Source of the DNA: Eubacteriales bacterium
Lineage (GTDB): Bacteria > Bacillota > Clostridia > Oscillospirales > CAG-272
DNA length: 64,000 nucleotides
Reading direction: 5' to 3'
NCBI GenBank assembly: GCA_045659745.1
Contig: JAZRCL010000073.1
Span: 732-64,731 of the forward strand
In this document: in pieces, positions 1-9,446 of the stretch
Layout of the letters: the number at the start of each line of letters is the position of its first letter
How positions within the stretch are numbered: the first letter of the stretch is position 1
Notes under the pieces: generated by a model
What the model was told of the DNA's origin: nothing
The model's input: the letters and a program-made list of their open reading frames with translations, nothing else
Database searches by the model: none
Translations under genes and position numbers: made by a program

Positions 1-1
1 C

Positions 2-676
2 AACGGCATGTGGATGCTGGGGGACTTGTACGAAAATCTCCCGAAGGATTGGTTTATTTTCCAGAACATGATGTTTGCGGACGCAAACACGTTCTTCACT
101 TATAACGCGAATATGCGCTCGCTTATGGTAGACAAGCTTCTCGACTGCGAGATGATAGTCCTCAACCGTACCCCCGAGAACATCGACAAGGAGGAGGTAC
201 ACAAGATAGTCCGCGGTATCTCTCGCCGTGCGTCCATTACCTACGATTATCCCGACGGACACGTCGAGTATGACGAGATAGAGGACCCGTTGCCTTTTGA
301 TATCAACGCTCCCATAATCGAAATTGACGAGAACGACTACGCCGTATGGTACAGAGATCTCGCCGAGGAGACCGAGAAATACGACGGCAAAACAGTAAAA
401 TTCAAGGGAATTATCGCGCGTGACGTAAAGCTCGGCAAGGACGCGATAATCATCGGCAGACACGTAATGACCTGCTGTGTTGAGGATATAGCCTACAACG
501 GACTTGTGTGCAAGTTTGAAAATGCAGTTCCTTATAAAACACGCGATTGGCTCACAGTCACAGCAAAGATCAAGATAGAGAAAAACAAGCTCTACGGTCG
601 CCCCGGCCCCGTGCTTTACGCAACAAGCGCTGCTTATACAAGTAAACCCGAAAAAGAGGTCGCGACTTTTTATTGA
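2..676 (+). CDS. C-terminal part of a CobW-like GTPase fused to a DUF1980/TIGR03943 (YcgQ-like) Cys-motif domain; the 5' end lies outside the window
   Basis: The frame is open from the window edge, so the Met at 8 is probably internal. CEMIVLNRTPENID resembles the NKxD end of a G3E/CobW G-domain. GRHVMTCCVEDIAYNGLVC matches the MTCC-x-D motif typical of DUF1980 C-terminal domains. A hairpin terminator follows. Confidence 0.5.
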   Translation, partial: NGMWMLGDLYENLPKDWFIFQNMMFADANTFFTYNANMRSLMVDKLLDCEMIVLNRTPENIDKEEVHKIVRGISRRASITYDYPDGHVEYDEIEDPLPFDINAPIIEIDENDYAVWYRDLAEETEKYDGKTVKFKGIIARDVKLGKDAIIIGRHVMTCCVEDIAYNGLVCKFENAVPYKTRDWLTVTAKIKIEKNKLYGRPGPVLYATSAAYTSKPEKEVATFY

Positions 677-685
677 TAATTCAAA

Positions 686-717
686 AAACACACGGCAGAT
701 TCTGCCGTGTGTTTTAT
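686..717 (+). terminator. Rho-independent terminator
   Basis: Inverted repeat acacacggcaga / tctgccgtgtgt followed by a T-rich tract, just after the stop at 676. Confidence 0.75.
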
Positions 718-734
718 ATTGACACAAATCCCTC

Positions 735-760
735 ACACTCCCGAAAATTCGACATACAAT
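735..760 (+). promoter_or_regulatory. Mother-cell sporulation sigma (sigK/sigE)-like promoter upstream of the Cys-rich gene
   Basis: AC (735-736), a 16-nt spacer, then CATACAAT (753-760). This fits the B. subtilis sigK pattern AC-N16/17-CATAnnnT and the sigE -10 CATACAmT. It lies 57 nt upstream of the ATG at 817. Confidence 0.35.
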
Positions 761-816
761 GATAGCGAGAGGTGCTTTTTGTATCTCGTATTACATTTAT
801 TACAGGGGGAAATATT

Positions 817-1674
817 ATGCCCGATAACAGATTTTGCGGCGGAAGCGGCGGGGGCAGAGATTCTGTTTACATAGAGACAAACAGAATCCTCGATTCCTGC
901 CGTGATCGCGATTGCTTTGAGAACGTTCGCGTATTTCTTACCGATTTCGGTAACGAGATAATCGAACACACAAACACCGTCCGTGCCAAGAGCGCTTGCA
1001 TTGCATGGACGTCCATCACACTTGACCCCGTTCAGTTCAACAGAGGCTTTTATTCGGTAAATATCCGTTTCTACGTCAAGCTCATATTCGAGGCTTGCGT
1101 TGGCGGCAGGTCGCAGGAATTTGACGGAATCGCCGTGCTTGAAAAGAAGATAATTCTTTTCGGCGGAGAAGGAAACGTCAGTACATTCCGCTCCAGCCCA
1201 GACGGAGACGGCTTCTGCGCAGAGATAAAGCCCTGCTGCCAGGAAAAGAGTCTGCCTACTGCTACGGTTGAGGTCGTAGAGCCCATAATTCTTGACACGA
1301 GAATTGTTGAGCGCGAAAACGACTGCTGCAGTTGCTGTTGCGCTTGCGACGTGCCCGACTGTGTAGTCGGCGGTCTGTCAGGCTCGCTCTGCAACGACTA
1401 CGGCAGAGACAGGGAAAGATACCTTGCAGTATCTCTTGGTATATTCTCCATAGTCAGAATCACCCGTCCCGCACAGCTTCTCGTAAACGCGTCTGAATAC
1501 TGCGTTCCCGATAAGGAATGCGTTGAAGCCAAGAAGGACGATCCCTGCGGAGTTTTCAGAACCATGAGCTTCCCAACGTCCGAATTTTGTCCCGCTACTT
1601 TTCCCGCAGCACACGAAAAGCCTTGCTTTGATAAGCCTTATGACAAAGGCGGCAAGTGCGGTTGCGGAAACTAA
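817..1674 (+). CDS. Cysteine-rich hypothetical protein (285 aa); candidate spore coat or outer-layer protein
   Basis: I chose the ATG at 817 because of the RBS aggggga 7 nt upstream; the ORF-track start at 772 has none. I count 23 Cys, including the run CCSCCCAC (about nt 1324-1347) and a C-terminal KCGCGN. I recognise no family. Confidence 0.6.
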   Translation: MPDNRFCGGSGGGRDSVYIETNRILDSCRDRDCFENVRVFLTDFGNEIIEHTNTVRAKSACIAWTSITLDPVQFNRGFYSVNIRFYVKLIFEACVGGRSQEFDGIAVLEKKIILFGGEGNVSTFRSSPDGDGFCAEIKPCCQEKSLPTATVEVVEPIILDTRIVERENDCCSCCCACDVPDCVVGGLSGSLCNDYGRDRERYLAVSLGIFSIVRITRPAQLLVNASEYCVPDKECVEAKKDDPCGVFRTMSFPTSEFCPATFPAAHEKPCFDKPYDKGGKCGCGN

Positions 1675-1694
1675 AATCCAAAGCTATACCCAAA

Positions 1695-1726
1695 ATACCG
1701 AGGTTAATTAAGCCTCGGTATTTTTG
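1695..1726 (+). terminator. Rho-independent terminator
   Basis: ataccgagg / cctcggtat stem with a 9-nt loop, then TTTTT. Confidence 0.75.
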
Positions 1727-1846
1727 TGTGCAATATCATTATAACAATTTTAAGTGAAAGGCAGGGAATTGGTATATTAGACTATTGCACTTTTGCCGAT
1801 TTTATGTTAAAATTTATATGTAGACTTAAAAAAGAGGTGATTTTTA

Positions 1847-2506
1847 ATGCTCACATTTGAAGAAATAAAGCACAATGAGACAATAAACCAATATATACAA
1901 AAGGCGGATGAGTCGCTCATATCCTTGGGATTTACCGAGCATAGCTTTGCGCACGTGACAAAGGTCGCGACCACGGCGGCATATATACTCAAAACGCTTG
2001 GATATGACGACCACGATATAGAGATAGCCAAAATTGCTGGATATTTGCACGATATCGGAAATCTTGTTAACAGAATAGACCACTCGCAAAGCGGCGCGGT
2101 AATGGCGTTCAGAATTCTTGACCATATGGATATGGACCCCTGCGATATAGCAACTATCGTCACGGCTATCGGAAATCACGACGAGGGAACGGGCGTTGCG
2201 GTAAATCCCGTCGCGGCGGCTCTTATCCTTGCCGATAAAAGCGACGTTAGACGAAGCCGAGTGCGCAACCGCGATGTTGCAACCTTTGACATTCACGACC
2301 GAGTAAATTATTCGGTAGTCAGCTCCAAGCTTGAGATAAATGATGATAAGACCATAATCACTTTGGAGCTTGAGATAGATACCGAGATAAGTACGGTAAT
2401 GGACTATTTTGAGATATTCCTTAAGAGAATGATAATGTGCAAAAAAGCGGCAGAGTGTCTCAATCTTAAGTTCAGCTTGATAATAAACAATCAAGCATTA
2501 ATGTGA
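1847..2506 (+). CDS. HD-domain phosphohydrolase
   Basis: RBS agaggtga. Motifs H-x-FAH, GYLHDIGN and GNHDEG fit the HD superfamily metal-binding pattern. Confidence 0.8.
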   Translation: MLTFEEIKHNETINQYIQKADESLISLGFTEHSFAHVTKVATTAAYILKTLGYDDHDIEIAKIAGYLHDIGNLVNRIDHSQSGAVMAFRILDHMDMDPCDIATIVTAIGNHDEGTGVAVNPVAAALILADKSDVRRSRVRNRDVATFDIHDRVNYSVVSSKLEINDDKTIITLELEIDTEISTVMDYFEIFLKRMIMCKKAAECLNLKFSLIINNQALM

Positions 2507-2724
2507 TTTATCCGTATAGGGACTTTCGGCGGTGTGTAATATTTGCCAAAATGTAGGAAAAAACAAATAAATTTTGGTAGGAAAAAAGATACTTTTGACG
2601 AAATTTCTTAATTTTGTATAAATTTATACAACTTGCACTTGAAAATTTTTTTAAAATATAGTATTATAAAAATAGCGTTATTTGACATAAAATAACTTTT
2701 CCCAAAAACGGAGGATTAAAAACA

Positions 2725-4527
2725 ATGGGACTTATGGAGATTTTAGGACTTATCTGCGGTCTTGCTCTGTTCCTTTACGGAATGGACGTTATGGGCGACG
2801 CTCTTAAAAAGAGCGCGGGCAGAAAGCTCAAAACCATCTTAGGAAATCTCACGTCAAACAAAGTAAAGGGCTTTATGCTTGGTCTTTTAGTCACGGCGAT
2901 TATTCAGTCGTCGTCAGCTACCACGGTAATGGTCGTTGGTTTTGTAAACTCGGGCACGATGCTTCTTTCGCAAGCTGTCGGCGTTATTATGGGTGCAAAC
3001 GTAGGTACTGCGGTCACGGCATGGCTTACGGCTCTCAATGGCATTGAAGGCGGAGCGGAGGCTACTGCATGGCTTAATTACCTCAAGCCCGACGCATGGA
3101 TGCCTATACTTGCGCTTGCGGGTATCTGCCTTATTATGTTCGCTAAAAAGGACAAGCAGAAGGATGTAGGTTCTATTCTTATGGGATTTGCCGTGCTTAT
3201 GGTCGGTATGTCTCTTATGTCCGACGCTGTAAGCGGACTCAAGAATGACCCTAGTTTTGCAAATATACTTACTCTGTTCAACAATCCTATTTTCGGTGTA
3301 CTTGCAGGTACGGTACTCACGGCAATAGTTCAATCCTCGTCTGCATCCATCGGTATTTTGCAGGCGTTGTCAACTACGGGATCTATATCATTTGGTATGG
3401 CTATTCCGATAATTCTCGGTCAGAATATCGGTACGTGTATTACTGCGATGATATCCTCTGTGAGCGCAAACAAGAACGGTAAGCGCGCAGCGGTAGTTCA
3501 TCTGTACTTTAATATAATCGGCGTTGTTTTCTGGCTCGGTATGTATTATCTTATCGGCTGGATATTCAGAATAAGCGGATTGTTTGATTATATAAGTCTT
3601 GCAAACGGAAGCACGATCAACATGTGGGGAATTGCAATAGTTCATACTACGTTCAAGCTTCTTTCGGTTGTCCTTATGGCGCCTTTCACAAAGCTTCTCG
3701 AAAAGCTTGCCGTTGCAACTATTCGCGGCACGGACAAGAAGGGCGACGAATACACCAATATGCTTGACGAGCGTCTTCTTGATACCCCCACGGTCGCTAT
3801 TGACAGGTGTCGCGCAGTTGCAAAGCAGATGGCTCAGCTCTCAAGCGAGGCTATGCGCTTATCTATCAGTCTCTTTGACGGATACGACGCCAAGGTAGCG
3901 CAAAAGGTTCGTGACATTGAGGATAAAGTGGATATATATGAGGATGTTTTGGGCTCGTATCTTGTTAAGCTTTCGTCCAAGAGTATGGACGAGGTCGACA
4001 GCCATGAGGTTACAAAGCTTCTGCATATGATTGGAGACCTTGAGAGAATTTCCGACCACGCGGTCAACGTAGTTGAATCCGCCGAGGAGATAAACGATAA
4101 GCAGCTTGTATTCTCGGATGATGCAAAGAGAGAGCTTCGTTGTATGTACGGCGCAGTAAATGAGATACTCGTTATTACTGAGGACGCGTTTGTTAACGAC
4201 GATATAAGCAAGGCCTATACCGTTGAGCCTCTTGAGCAGGTTGTTGACTATCTCCGCGATCAGATAAAGCTTCAGCACGTTATTCGTCTCCAGAAGAGCG
4301 AATGTACCATTGAGCACGGATTCGTGCTTTCGGATATTCTTACGAACCTTGAAAGAGTTTCCGACCATTGCTCCAATATTGCGGGTTGTCTTGTAGAAAT
4401 GTCAAAGCACGAGTCTTTGGACGTTCACGATTATCTACATAAAGTAAAAGCAGGTGGAATGGAATACGATGCGCTTTACAACGCGTATATGGACAAATAT
4501 TCAATTAAACCTGTTGAAATAAAATAA
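2725..4527 (+). CDS. Na/Pi cotransporter family protein with C-terminal PhoU-like repeats
   Basis: RBS ggagga. The N-terminal half is polytopic with duplicated QSSSAT / QSSSAS motifs typical of NptA/YjbB. The C-terminal half has two ERISDH / ERVSDH PhoU-type motifs. Confidence 0.85.
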   Translation: MGLMEILGLICGLALFLYGMDVMGDALKKSAGRKLKTILGNLTSNKVKGFMLGLLVTAIIQSSSATTVMVVGFVNSGTMLLSQAVGVIMGANVGTAVTAWLTALNGIEGGAEATAWLNYLKPDAWMPILALAGICLIMFAKKDKQKDVGSILMGFAVLMVGMSLMSDAVSGLKNDPSFANILTLFNNPIFGVLAGTVLTAIVQSSSASIGILQALSTTGSISFGMAIPIILGQNIGTCITAMISSVSANKNGKRAAVVHLYFNIIGVVFWLGMYYLIGWIFRISGLFDYISLANGSTINMWGIAIVHTTFKLLSVVLMAPFTKLLEKLAVATIRGTDKKGDEYTNMLDERLLDTPTVAIDRCRAVAKQMAQLSSEAMRLSISLFDGYDAKVAQKVRDIEDKVDIYEDVLGSYLVKLSSKSMDEVDSHEVTKLLHMIGDLERISDHAVNVVESAEEINDKQLVFSDDAKRELRCMYGAVNEILVITEDAFVNDDISKAYTVEPLEQVVDYLRDQIKLQHVIRLQKSECTIEHGFVLSDILTNLERVSDHCSNIAGCLVEMSKHESLDVHDYLHKVKAGGMEYDALYNAYMDKYSIKPVEIK

Positions 4528-4532
4528 AAAAC

Positions 4533-4564
4533 AAGGTCGGTGTGAATTCACACCGACCTTTTTG
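4533..4564. terminator. Bidirectional rho-independent terminator
   Basis: aaggtcggtgtg / cacaccgacctt stem flanked by an A-run and a T-run, between convergent genes. Confidence 0.8.
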
Positions 4565-4565
4565 A

Positions 4566-5303
4566 TTATTTATTAAATTCGTCAATTACTTTGAAGGGAA
4601 TATGGGAAGAGCTGCGGGGAAAGGGGTATCCAACCTCGACAGGAGCAGCCCAATAAACGGCATTTGTAATGATTTTTTGTACGTACTCGTTGTAGAAGGA
4701 ACGGCACAATTCGTGTCCGGGCTGGAAATAAAATACCTTGCCAAGTCCGCGCTCAAAGCAAACTCCGCTTCTAAATATAAAGCCGTCCTCGTACCATGAG
4801 CCAAATACAAGCGCATCGGGTTGAGGGATATAGAAGGGCTCGCTGTAAAGCTCCTCAAGATCAAGCGTAAAATGTTCGGGAATGCCCTTAGCTATGGGAT
4901 GTGTGGGATAAAGGTTCCATACAACTTCTTTTTGATCTCGACCCCATGAGAGATCTCCTGTAGTGCCGACAACGGATTTGAACACCTTGGAATGATGTCC
5001 CGAATGAAGCACGATGAGTCCCATTTTGCCCGCATATACTCGCTGACGTATTTTTTCAACAAGTTCATCATTTACCTCATGATGCGCCATGTGTCCCCAC
5101 CAAATAAGCACATCAGTTTTATTCAGAAGCTCGTTAGAAATGCCCTGATATTCATCGTCAAGCGCTGAAAGGGTAATATTTAAGTCTGTATTCTTGCCAA
5201 GAAAGCTCTTAATATACCCGTGAATACCGTCAGGGTATATTTCACGGCAGGTGTCCTCAAGTCTTTCGTGACGGTATTCGTTCCATATAACAACGTTCAA
5301 CAT
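4566..5303 (-). CDS. ThuA-domain protein (trehalose-utilisation-like)
   Basis: I moved the start to the ATG at 5303 (MLNVVIWNEYRHE), which has a ggaga RBS. The ORF-track extension to 5462 is AT-rich with no RBS. VLIWWGHMAHHEV and VLHSGHHSK are ThuA-like. Confidence 0.75.
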   Translation of the reverse strand: MLNVVIWNEYRHERLEDTCREIYPDGIHGYIKSFLGKNTDLNITLSALDDEYQGISNELLNKTDVLIWWGHMAHHEVNDELVEKIRQRVYAGKMGLIVLHSGHHSKVFKSVVGTTGDLSWGRDQKEVVWNLYPTHPIAKGIPEHFTLDLEELYSEPFYIPQPDALVFGSWYEDGFIFRSGVCFERGLGKVFYFQPGHELCRSFYNEYVQKIITNAVYWAAPVEVGYPFPRSSSHIPFKVIDEFNK

Positions 5304-5450
5304 AAAATTATCTCCATAAAACAAGTTGTTTTTTCTGATTAAATTATACACTGTTTTCAGGACTATTTCAAGCATTTGTGATAAATTATTATTGAATTTT
5401 GAAAAGTTTGGATTTTTGCGGCAAAGTCGGTAAAATGAAGTTAAAAAGCC

Positions 5451-5479
5451 TTTACTTTTCATTTAATATATGCTATAAT
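5451..5479 (+). promoter_or_regulatory. SigA-type promoter with extended -10
   Basis: TTTACT, a 17-nt spacer (whose last three bases are TGC), then TATAAT. The TGC gives the extended -10 TGCTATAAT at 5471-5479. It lies about 35 nt upstream of the 5515 start. Confidence 0.5.
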
Positions 5480-5514
5480 TTATTTAACTAACGTAAAAGG
5501 ACAGGGAACTACCT

Positions 5515-6201
5515 ATGGTAAATAATAAGGTTTGCGTAATTGTCGGCGGAGCTGACGTCATATGTGCGTATTCCGCTAAAGAAATGGCAAAAAATGGATA
5601 TGTGACAGCAATAGTTGATACAAGTATTGACAATGCAAAAAGGATCGCAGATGAAATATGTACTTTCGGCGGACTTGCCAAGGCATATGAGGGAGATTGC
5701 TATAATTATGATTCCTTGTCAAGCGTGCGTGGATTGATTTCCGCAGAATTCGGAAAATGCAACGTAATTGTGAATAATTTACAGGGCGGCTCAAACGATG
5801 ATTCTTCGATAGATTGTGCATTAGTCTCTGCAAAAGTGTTTATAGGAGATATGAGTGGTGAGTCCGGATGCTCCGTGGTAAATATTTACCCAAGTGGTGA
5901 GTTTGAGATTGCAGCAGAAGAGATTACAAGAAAAATGGCGGTAAATCTTGCAGACGCGGGTATCAGAGTAAATGCAATAGTTTATAAAAATATAGTTGCA
6001 AGAAGCAACAAGAGCGAATTTTATAATGACGATAATACGCCCACGGAATCCGCACAAGCTATGCTTGAAGCAATACCTATGGGGAGATTTGGAAGACCCG
6101 ATGAGGTCGTGGGGGCGCTTAAATATTTAAGTGATCCTGTGGCGGCATCATATACAACAGGTACAGTTATACGAGTGGACGGCGGATATTCAGCGAGATA
6201 A
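5515..6201 (+). CDS. Short-chain dehydrogenase/reductase-fold protein with degenerate cofactor and catalytic motifs
   Basis: The C-terminus MGRFGRPDEVVGALKYLSD...YTTGTVIRVDGG is classic SDR. However TGxxxGxG reads VGGADVICA, NNAG reads NNLQ, and the YxxxK position reads F-E-I-A-A. Confidence 0.65.
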   Translation: MVNNKVCVIVGGADVICAYSAKEMAKNGYVTAIVDTSIDNAKRIADEICTFGGLAKAYEGDCYNYDSLSSVRGLISAEFGKCNVIVNNLQGGSNDDSSIDCALVSAKVFIGDMSGESGCSVVNIYPSGEFEIAAEEITRKMAVNLADAGIRVNAIVYKNIVARSNKSEFYNDDNTPTESAQAMLEAIPMGRFGRPDEVVGALKYLSDPVAASYTTGTVIRVDGGYSAR

Positions 6202-6473
6202 TTGGTTTAATATCCAAGTTAAATATTGGTTGAATTTTTTCACATAAACGAGGCATAAGAAATCTCACCTATAAACCAATGTACATCCGAAAACAGAGGG
6301 GAAAAGAACTATTTTAAACAGGATATATAATTATACAAAATCAATCTTTTGTATAATTTAGGGGATGAAAATTAGCCAAAAATGATAAAAAAGCCCCCCG
6401 AAGTCCTCTCAGTGTGCTTATCGCACACCATTGAGATGCTTTTGGAGACTTTTTATTAAATTGCATTTTTTGA

Positions 6474-6764
6474 TTATCCAAAGCAACTTTTTTGCATCGT
6501 ATGACTCTTTTCCTCGCACAAATATTTTTTCTTGGTTGCCTCGCCTCCGCGTATGTGACGCTCCTCTTTGTTTTTTTCAAGCACTTGCTTTGCTTCATAG
6601 TACAAAGACGGATTTACGCTTTTGAGATTTTGAGTTATATCCTTATGTACCGTGCTTTTACTTATTCCAAAATGCGTTGCCACGCTTCTGACTGTGGCAT
6701 TATTTTCCACCAAATACAACGCAAGCATTACACATCTTTCCTTACAAGACGATAAATACATCAT
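6474..6764 (-). CDS. spoIIID: Sporulation transcriptional regulator SpoIIID
   Basis: TVRSVATHFGISKSTVHKDI and RHIRGGEATKKKY closely match B. subtilis SpoIIID. I placed the start at the ATG at 6764, with an agagg RBS 7 nt upstream. Confidence 0.85.
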   Translation of the reverse strand: MMYLSSCKERCVMLALYLVENNATVRSVATHFGISKSTVHKDITQNLKSVNPSLYYEAKQVLEKNKEERHIRGGEATKKKYLCEEKSHTMQKSCFG

Positions 6765-6799
6765 GTGATAACCTCTGTATAATTGTTTTTTCATTTAAG

Positions 6800-6827
6800 T
6801 ATATGATCTTTTGCTTGTATATATTAT
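6800..6827 (-). promoter_or_regulatory. SigE-like promoter of spoIIID
   Basis: The minus strand reads TAATATA, 14 nt, then CATATACT. The B. subtilis sigE consensus is kmATATT-N14-CATACAmT. spoIIID is sigE-dependent in B. subtilis. Confidence 0.4.
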
Positions 6828-6846
6828 ATAAATTCGGGAGTTTTCA

Positions 6847-7641
6847 ATGTTTTCACAAAATACTCTTAACAACGTATCGGCAGACCAATTTGATATTTTT
6901 GAAGGCATGACTTCAATATCTGCCGTTATCAACTCAATAAATTCGGGTGCTAATAACCGTACTGTGGTACGCGTATTCTATGATAAAGACAAGGCTGACA
7001 AAAAGTCCCGTGAGCTTTCATTTTTGAAAATAATGTCTGAGAAACTCTCCTTTGAGCTTGTCGCTGCGTATAGCTCCGAGCTTGATAATCTTGTATCCGG
7101 TACTACTCACGGTGGGTTTGTTGCTTTGTGCACAAAAAGGACTTTGAATTCACTCGATCAGCTTGAATTATCCGATAAGCCCTATTTTTTCGTGCTTCTT
7201 GAGGGTATCGAGGACCCGTATAATTTTGGCTATTCAGTGCGCTCTATCTATGCGTCGGGCGCTGACGGCATAGTGCTTCCTCCGCGAAATTGGCTGGAGC
7301 TTTCAAGCACCGTAGCTCGCTCGTCTGCGGGCAGCTCAGAGCTTGCGGATATATACGTATCAGACCCCGTTGTGGCTGTGGAATTCTTTAAGAATAAGGG
7401 ATTTTCAATAGTCTGCGCAGGCATTCGAGACTCTGTGTCTGTTTATGACGCGGATTTTACAAAGCCCACTCTTCTTATCGTCGGCGGCGAAAAACGTGGC
7501 ATATCAAGAAAGCTTCTTGATATGTGTGACGTGACCGTGAGAATTGATTACGGTCGTGAGTTTAAGGGGTCGTTGCCCACCGCATCGGCAGTCGCTGTAA
7601 TTGCCTTTGAGGCGGCAAAGCAAAGACAGAAAAACGTGTGA
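6847..7641 (+). CDS. TrmH/SpoU-family RNA 2'-O-methyltransferase
   Basis: LEGIEDPYNFGYSVRS, LIVGGEKRGIS and SLPTASAVAVIAFE are the three SpoU methylase motifs. Confidence 0.8.
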   Translation: MFSQNTLNNVSADQFDIFEGMTSISAVINSINSGANNRTVVRVFYDKDKADKKSRELSFLKIMSEKLSFELVAAYSSELDNLVSGTTHGGFVALCTKRTLNSLDQLELSDKPYFFVLLEGIEDPYNFGYSVRSIYASGADGIVLPPRNWLELSSTVARSSAGSSELADIYVSDPVVAVEFFKNKGFSIVCAGIRDSVSVYDADFTKPTLLIVGGEKRGISRKLLDMCDVTVRIDYGREFKGSLPTASAVAVIAFEAAKQRQKNV

Positions 7642-7735
7642 TTTTGTATAATTATTGTTAGTCTGTGATAAAAAACATGTCAAGAGAGCCGACTGGCTTT
7701 GTAATAAATGATTTTAAGAAAAGGAATTATAAAAA

Positions 7736-8716
7736 GTGGAAAAAAATAGTAAGATTAAAAAATTCAAGCTGTTTGATATGAACCGCGACGGTAAGGGTGT
7801 CGATCCCGGTGAGGATAGAACTCCTGGACTGAAGTTTTTCTTCAAGCAGTTTGCAAGAAAATTTTCAAAAATAATCTCTTTGAACATGCTGACTATGTTT
7901 CAGATATTACCGCTTGCAGCAATTGTAATACTGTATTTCTTTGCAATTCCAAGAACGGCAACGCACGTATATTCGGAATATCCTGTTCTGTTTGGAATGA
8001 ATTTTGCATCCTCCTCTGCCGTCACCTCGGCGAATCTCGGTGTATTTTCCTACCAGTTCGGAATACAGGAGCACGGCACAAATATGTATTGGGTTCTTGC
8101 AATTATTGCTATAATTTATGTGCTTACGTATGGTTGGCAAAAGGTTGGCACAATATATGTCACACGCGGACTTGTTCGCGGTGACAGCGTATTTATCTTT
8201 TCCGATTTCTTTTACGGCATCAAAAAGAATTTCAAGCAAGGATTTATAGTGGGTCTTATTGACTGTATCTGTATGATAGTTCTTGCAGTCGACCTTTTGT
8301 ATTTCAATAATGCCCCTGTGGGTGGATTTACGAACTTTATGTACGTAATGACCTTTGCCTTAATTGTCATATATCTGATCATGAGATTCTATATCTACCT
8401 TATGATAATCACATTTAATATAAAGACCTTCAAGGCTATAAAGAACGCATTTATCTTTACGATATTAGGTATCAAGAGAAACATTATGGCTTGCATCGGA
8501 CTTTTGATAACCACTGCTGTAGCCGTAGTTCCAATTCTATTCTTCTTCCCTAAGTTCGGTGTTGTGATAGTTCTTCCCTTGATATATTATCTTGGAATAT
8601 GCTCGTTTATTTACACGTATGCGGCATACCCTGTTATTCAGAAATATATGATAGACTCCGCGCCTCAAAAGGCTAAAGAAGATGTAGATGTACCTGTAGA
8701 GGCTACTCAAAATTAA
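7736..8716 (+). CDS. Polytopic membrane protein, possibly YesL/DUF624-like
   Basis: GTG start with an aaagga RBS 9 nt upstream. There are about six hydrophobic spans. The family assignment is weak. Confidence 0.5.
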   Translation: MEKNSKIKKFKLFDMNRDGKGVDPGEDRTPGLKFFFKQFARKFSKIISLNMLTMFQILPLAAIVILYFFAIPRTATHVYSEYPVLFGMNFASSSAVTSANLGVFSYQFGIQEHGTNMYWVLAIIAIIYVLTYGWQKVGTIYVTRGLVRGDSVFIFSDFFYGIKKNFKQGFIVGLIDCICMIVLAVDLLYFNNAPVGGFTNFMYVMTFALIVIYLIMRFYIYLMIITFNIKTFKAIKNAFIFTILGIKRNIMACIGLLITTAVAVVPILFFFPKFGVVIVLPLIYYLGICSFIYTYAAYPVIQKYMIDSAPQKAKEDVDVPVEATQN

Positions 8717-8728
8717 TTTAATTAAAAT

Positions 8729-8764
8729 AAGGTCTTGCCACGACTGTGGCAAGACCTTATTTTG
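8729..8764. terminator. Bidirectional rho-independent terminator
   Basis: aaggtcttgccac / gtggcaagacctt stem plus a T-tract, between convergent genes. It overlaps the stop of the minus-strand gene. Confidence 0.8.
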
Positions 8765-9446
8765 TACCTATAAGTTCGCTGACGGTCACAAAATTATACC
8801 CTTTTTCAAGTAATACGGGTATGAATAGCTCAAGCGCCTTTGGGGTAGGACTATTTCTGCCTATAAAGTCATGCATGAGAATAACGTCGCCCGCTTTTAT
8901 ATTATTTATCACATTTTGAGCAATCTGATCGGGCGGTGTATGCGCCCAATCGCGTGTATCAAGGCTCCATAATATTACCGTGTAATCCATTTCGTCGGTG
9001 ATACTTGTCATCTCGGAGCAAATCATGCCCTCGGGCGGGCGAAAGAGCTTTGTTCTGTATTCAGTAACATTGAATATCTCTGCCTCGCAGCGCTCTATCT
9101 CGCTCTCCAGCTTATATAGATTGGAGTTTGAAAGCGTTATATGGGAATACGTGTGATTTGCTATCTCATGACCGCGTTTTTCGGTTTCTATCAAGGCGCT
9201 GGGATATTCCTTAGCATTCTGACCTATTACAAAAAAAGTAGCTTTTATCCCGTACTTGTCAAGAATGTCAAGTATTTGAGGAGTATATCGCGGGTGGGGG
9301 CCGTCATCAAATGTGAGGGCTATTTTCATCTGACTGTTTTTGTTGTTGAAATAGACCTGCTTTGATGCTTGACAGTAAATACCTCCCACATAAAGCAATA
9401 TCAGTATCAGCGATAAAAACAAGGATATGCCTTTTGCTTTCTTCAT
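8757..9446 (-). CDS. Polysaccharide deacetylase (NodB-domain) family protein, membrane-anchored
   Basis: LTFDDGPHPRYTPQILDIL, ATFFVIG and HTYSH are NodB motifs. An N-terminal TM or signal segment is present. Confidence 0.8.
   Translation of the reverse strand: MKKAKGISLFLSLILILLYVGGIYCQASKQVYFNNKNSQMKIALTFDDGPHPRYTPQILDILDKYGIKATFFVIGQNAKEYPSALIETEKRGHEIANHTYSHITLSNSNLYKLESEIERCEAEIFNVTEYRTKLFRPPEGMICSEMTSITDEMDYTVILWSLDTRDWAHTPPDQIAQNVINNIKAGDVILMHDFIGRNSPTPKALELFIPVLLEKGYNFVTVSELIGTK

Noticed and set aside
4566-5462. ORF-track N-terminal extensions: ThuA to 5462, the Cys-rich gene from 772, coaE from 37807, the kinase-like gene to 20436, the hypothetical gene from 18893, and prfA from 40416.
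   Set aside because: The extensions are AT-rich or use TTG/GTG starts without an RBS. Internal ATGs have good RBSs and coincide with the family N-termini.
6390-6470. Structured-looking segment downstream of spoIIID, with a gtgtgc/gcacac stem extended by ctca/tgag, considered as a small RNA.
   Set aside because: It is most simply the spoIIID terminator: a hairpin followed by cttttttatcattttt on the minus strand. I recognise no known ncRNA motif. The stem is imperfect, so I did not list it as a feature.
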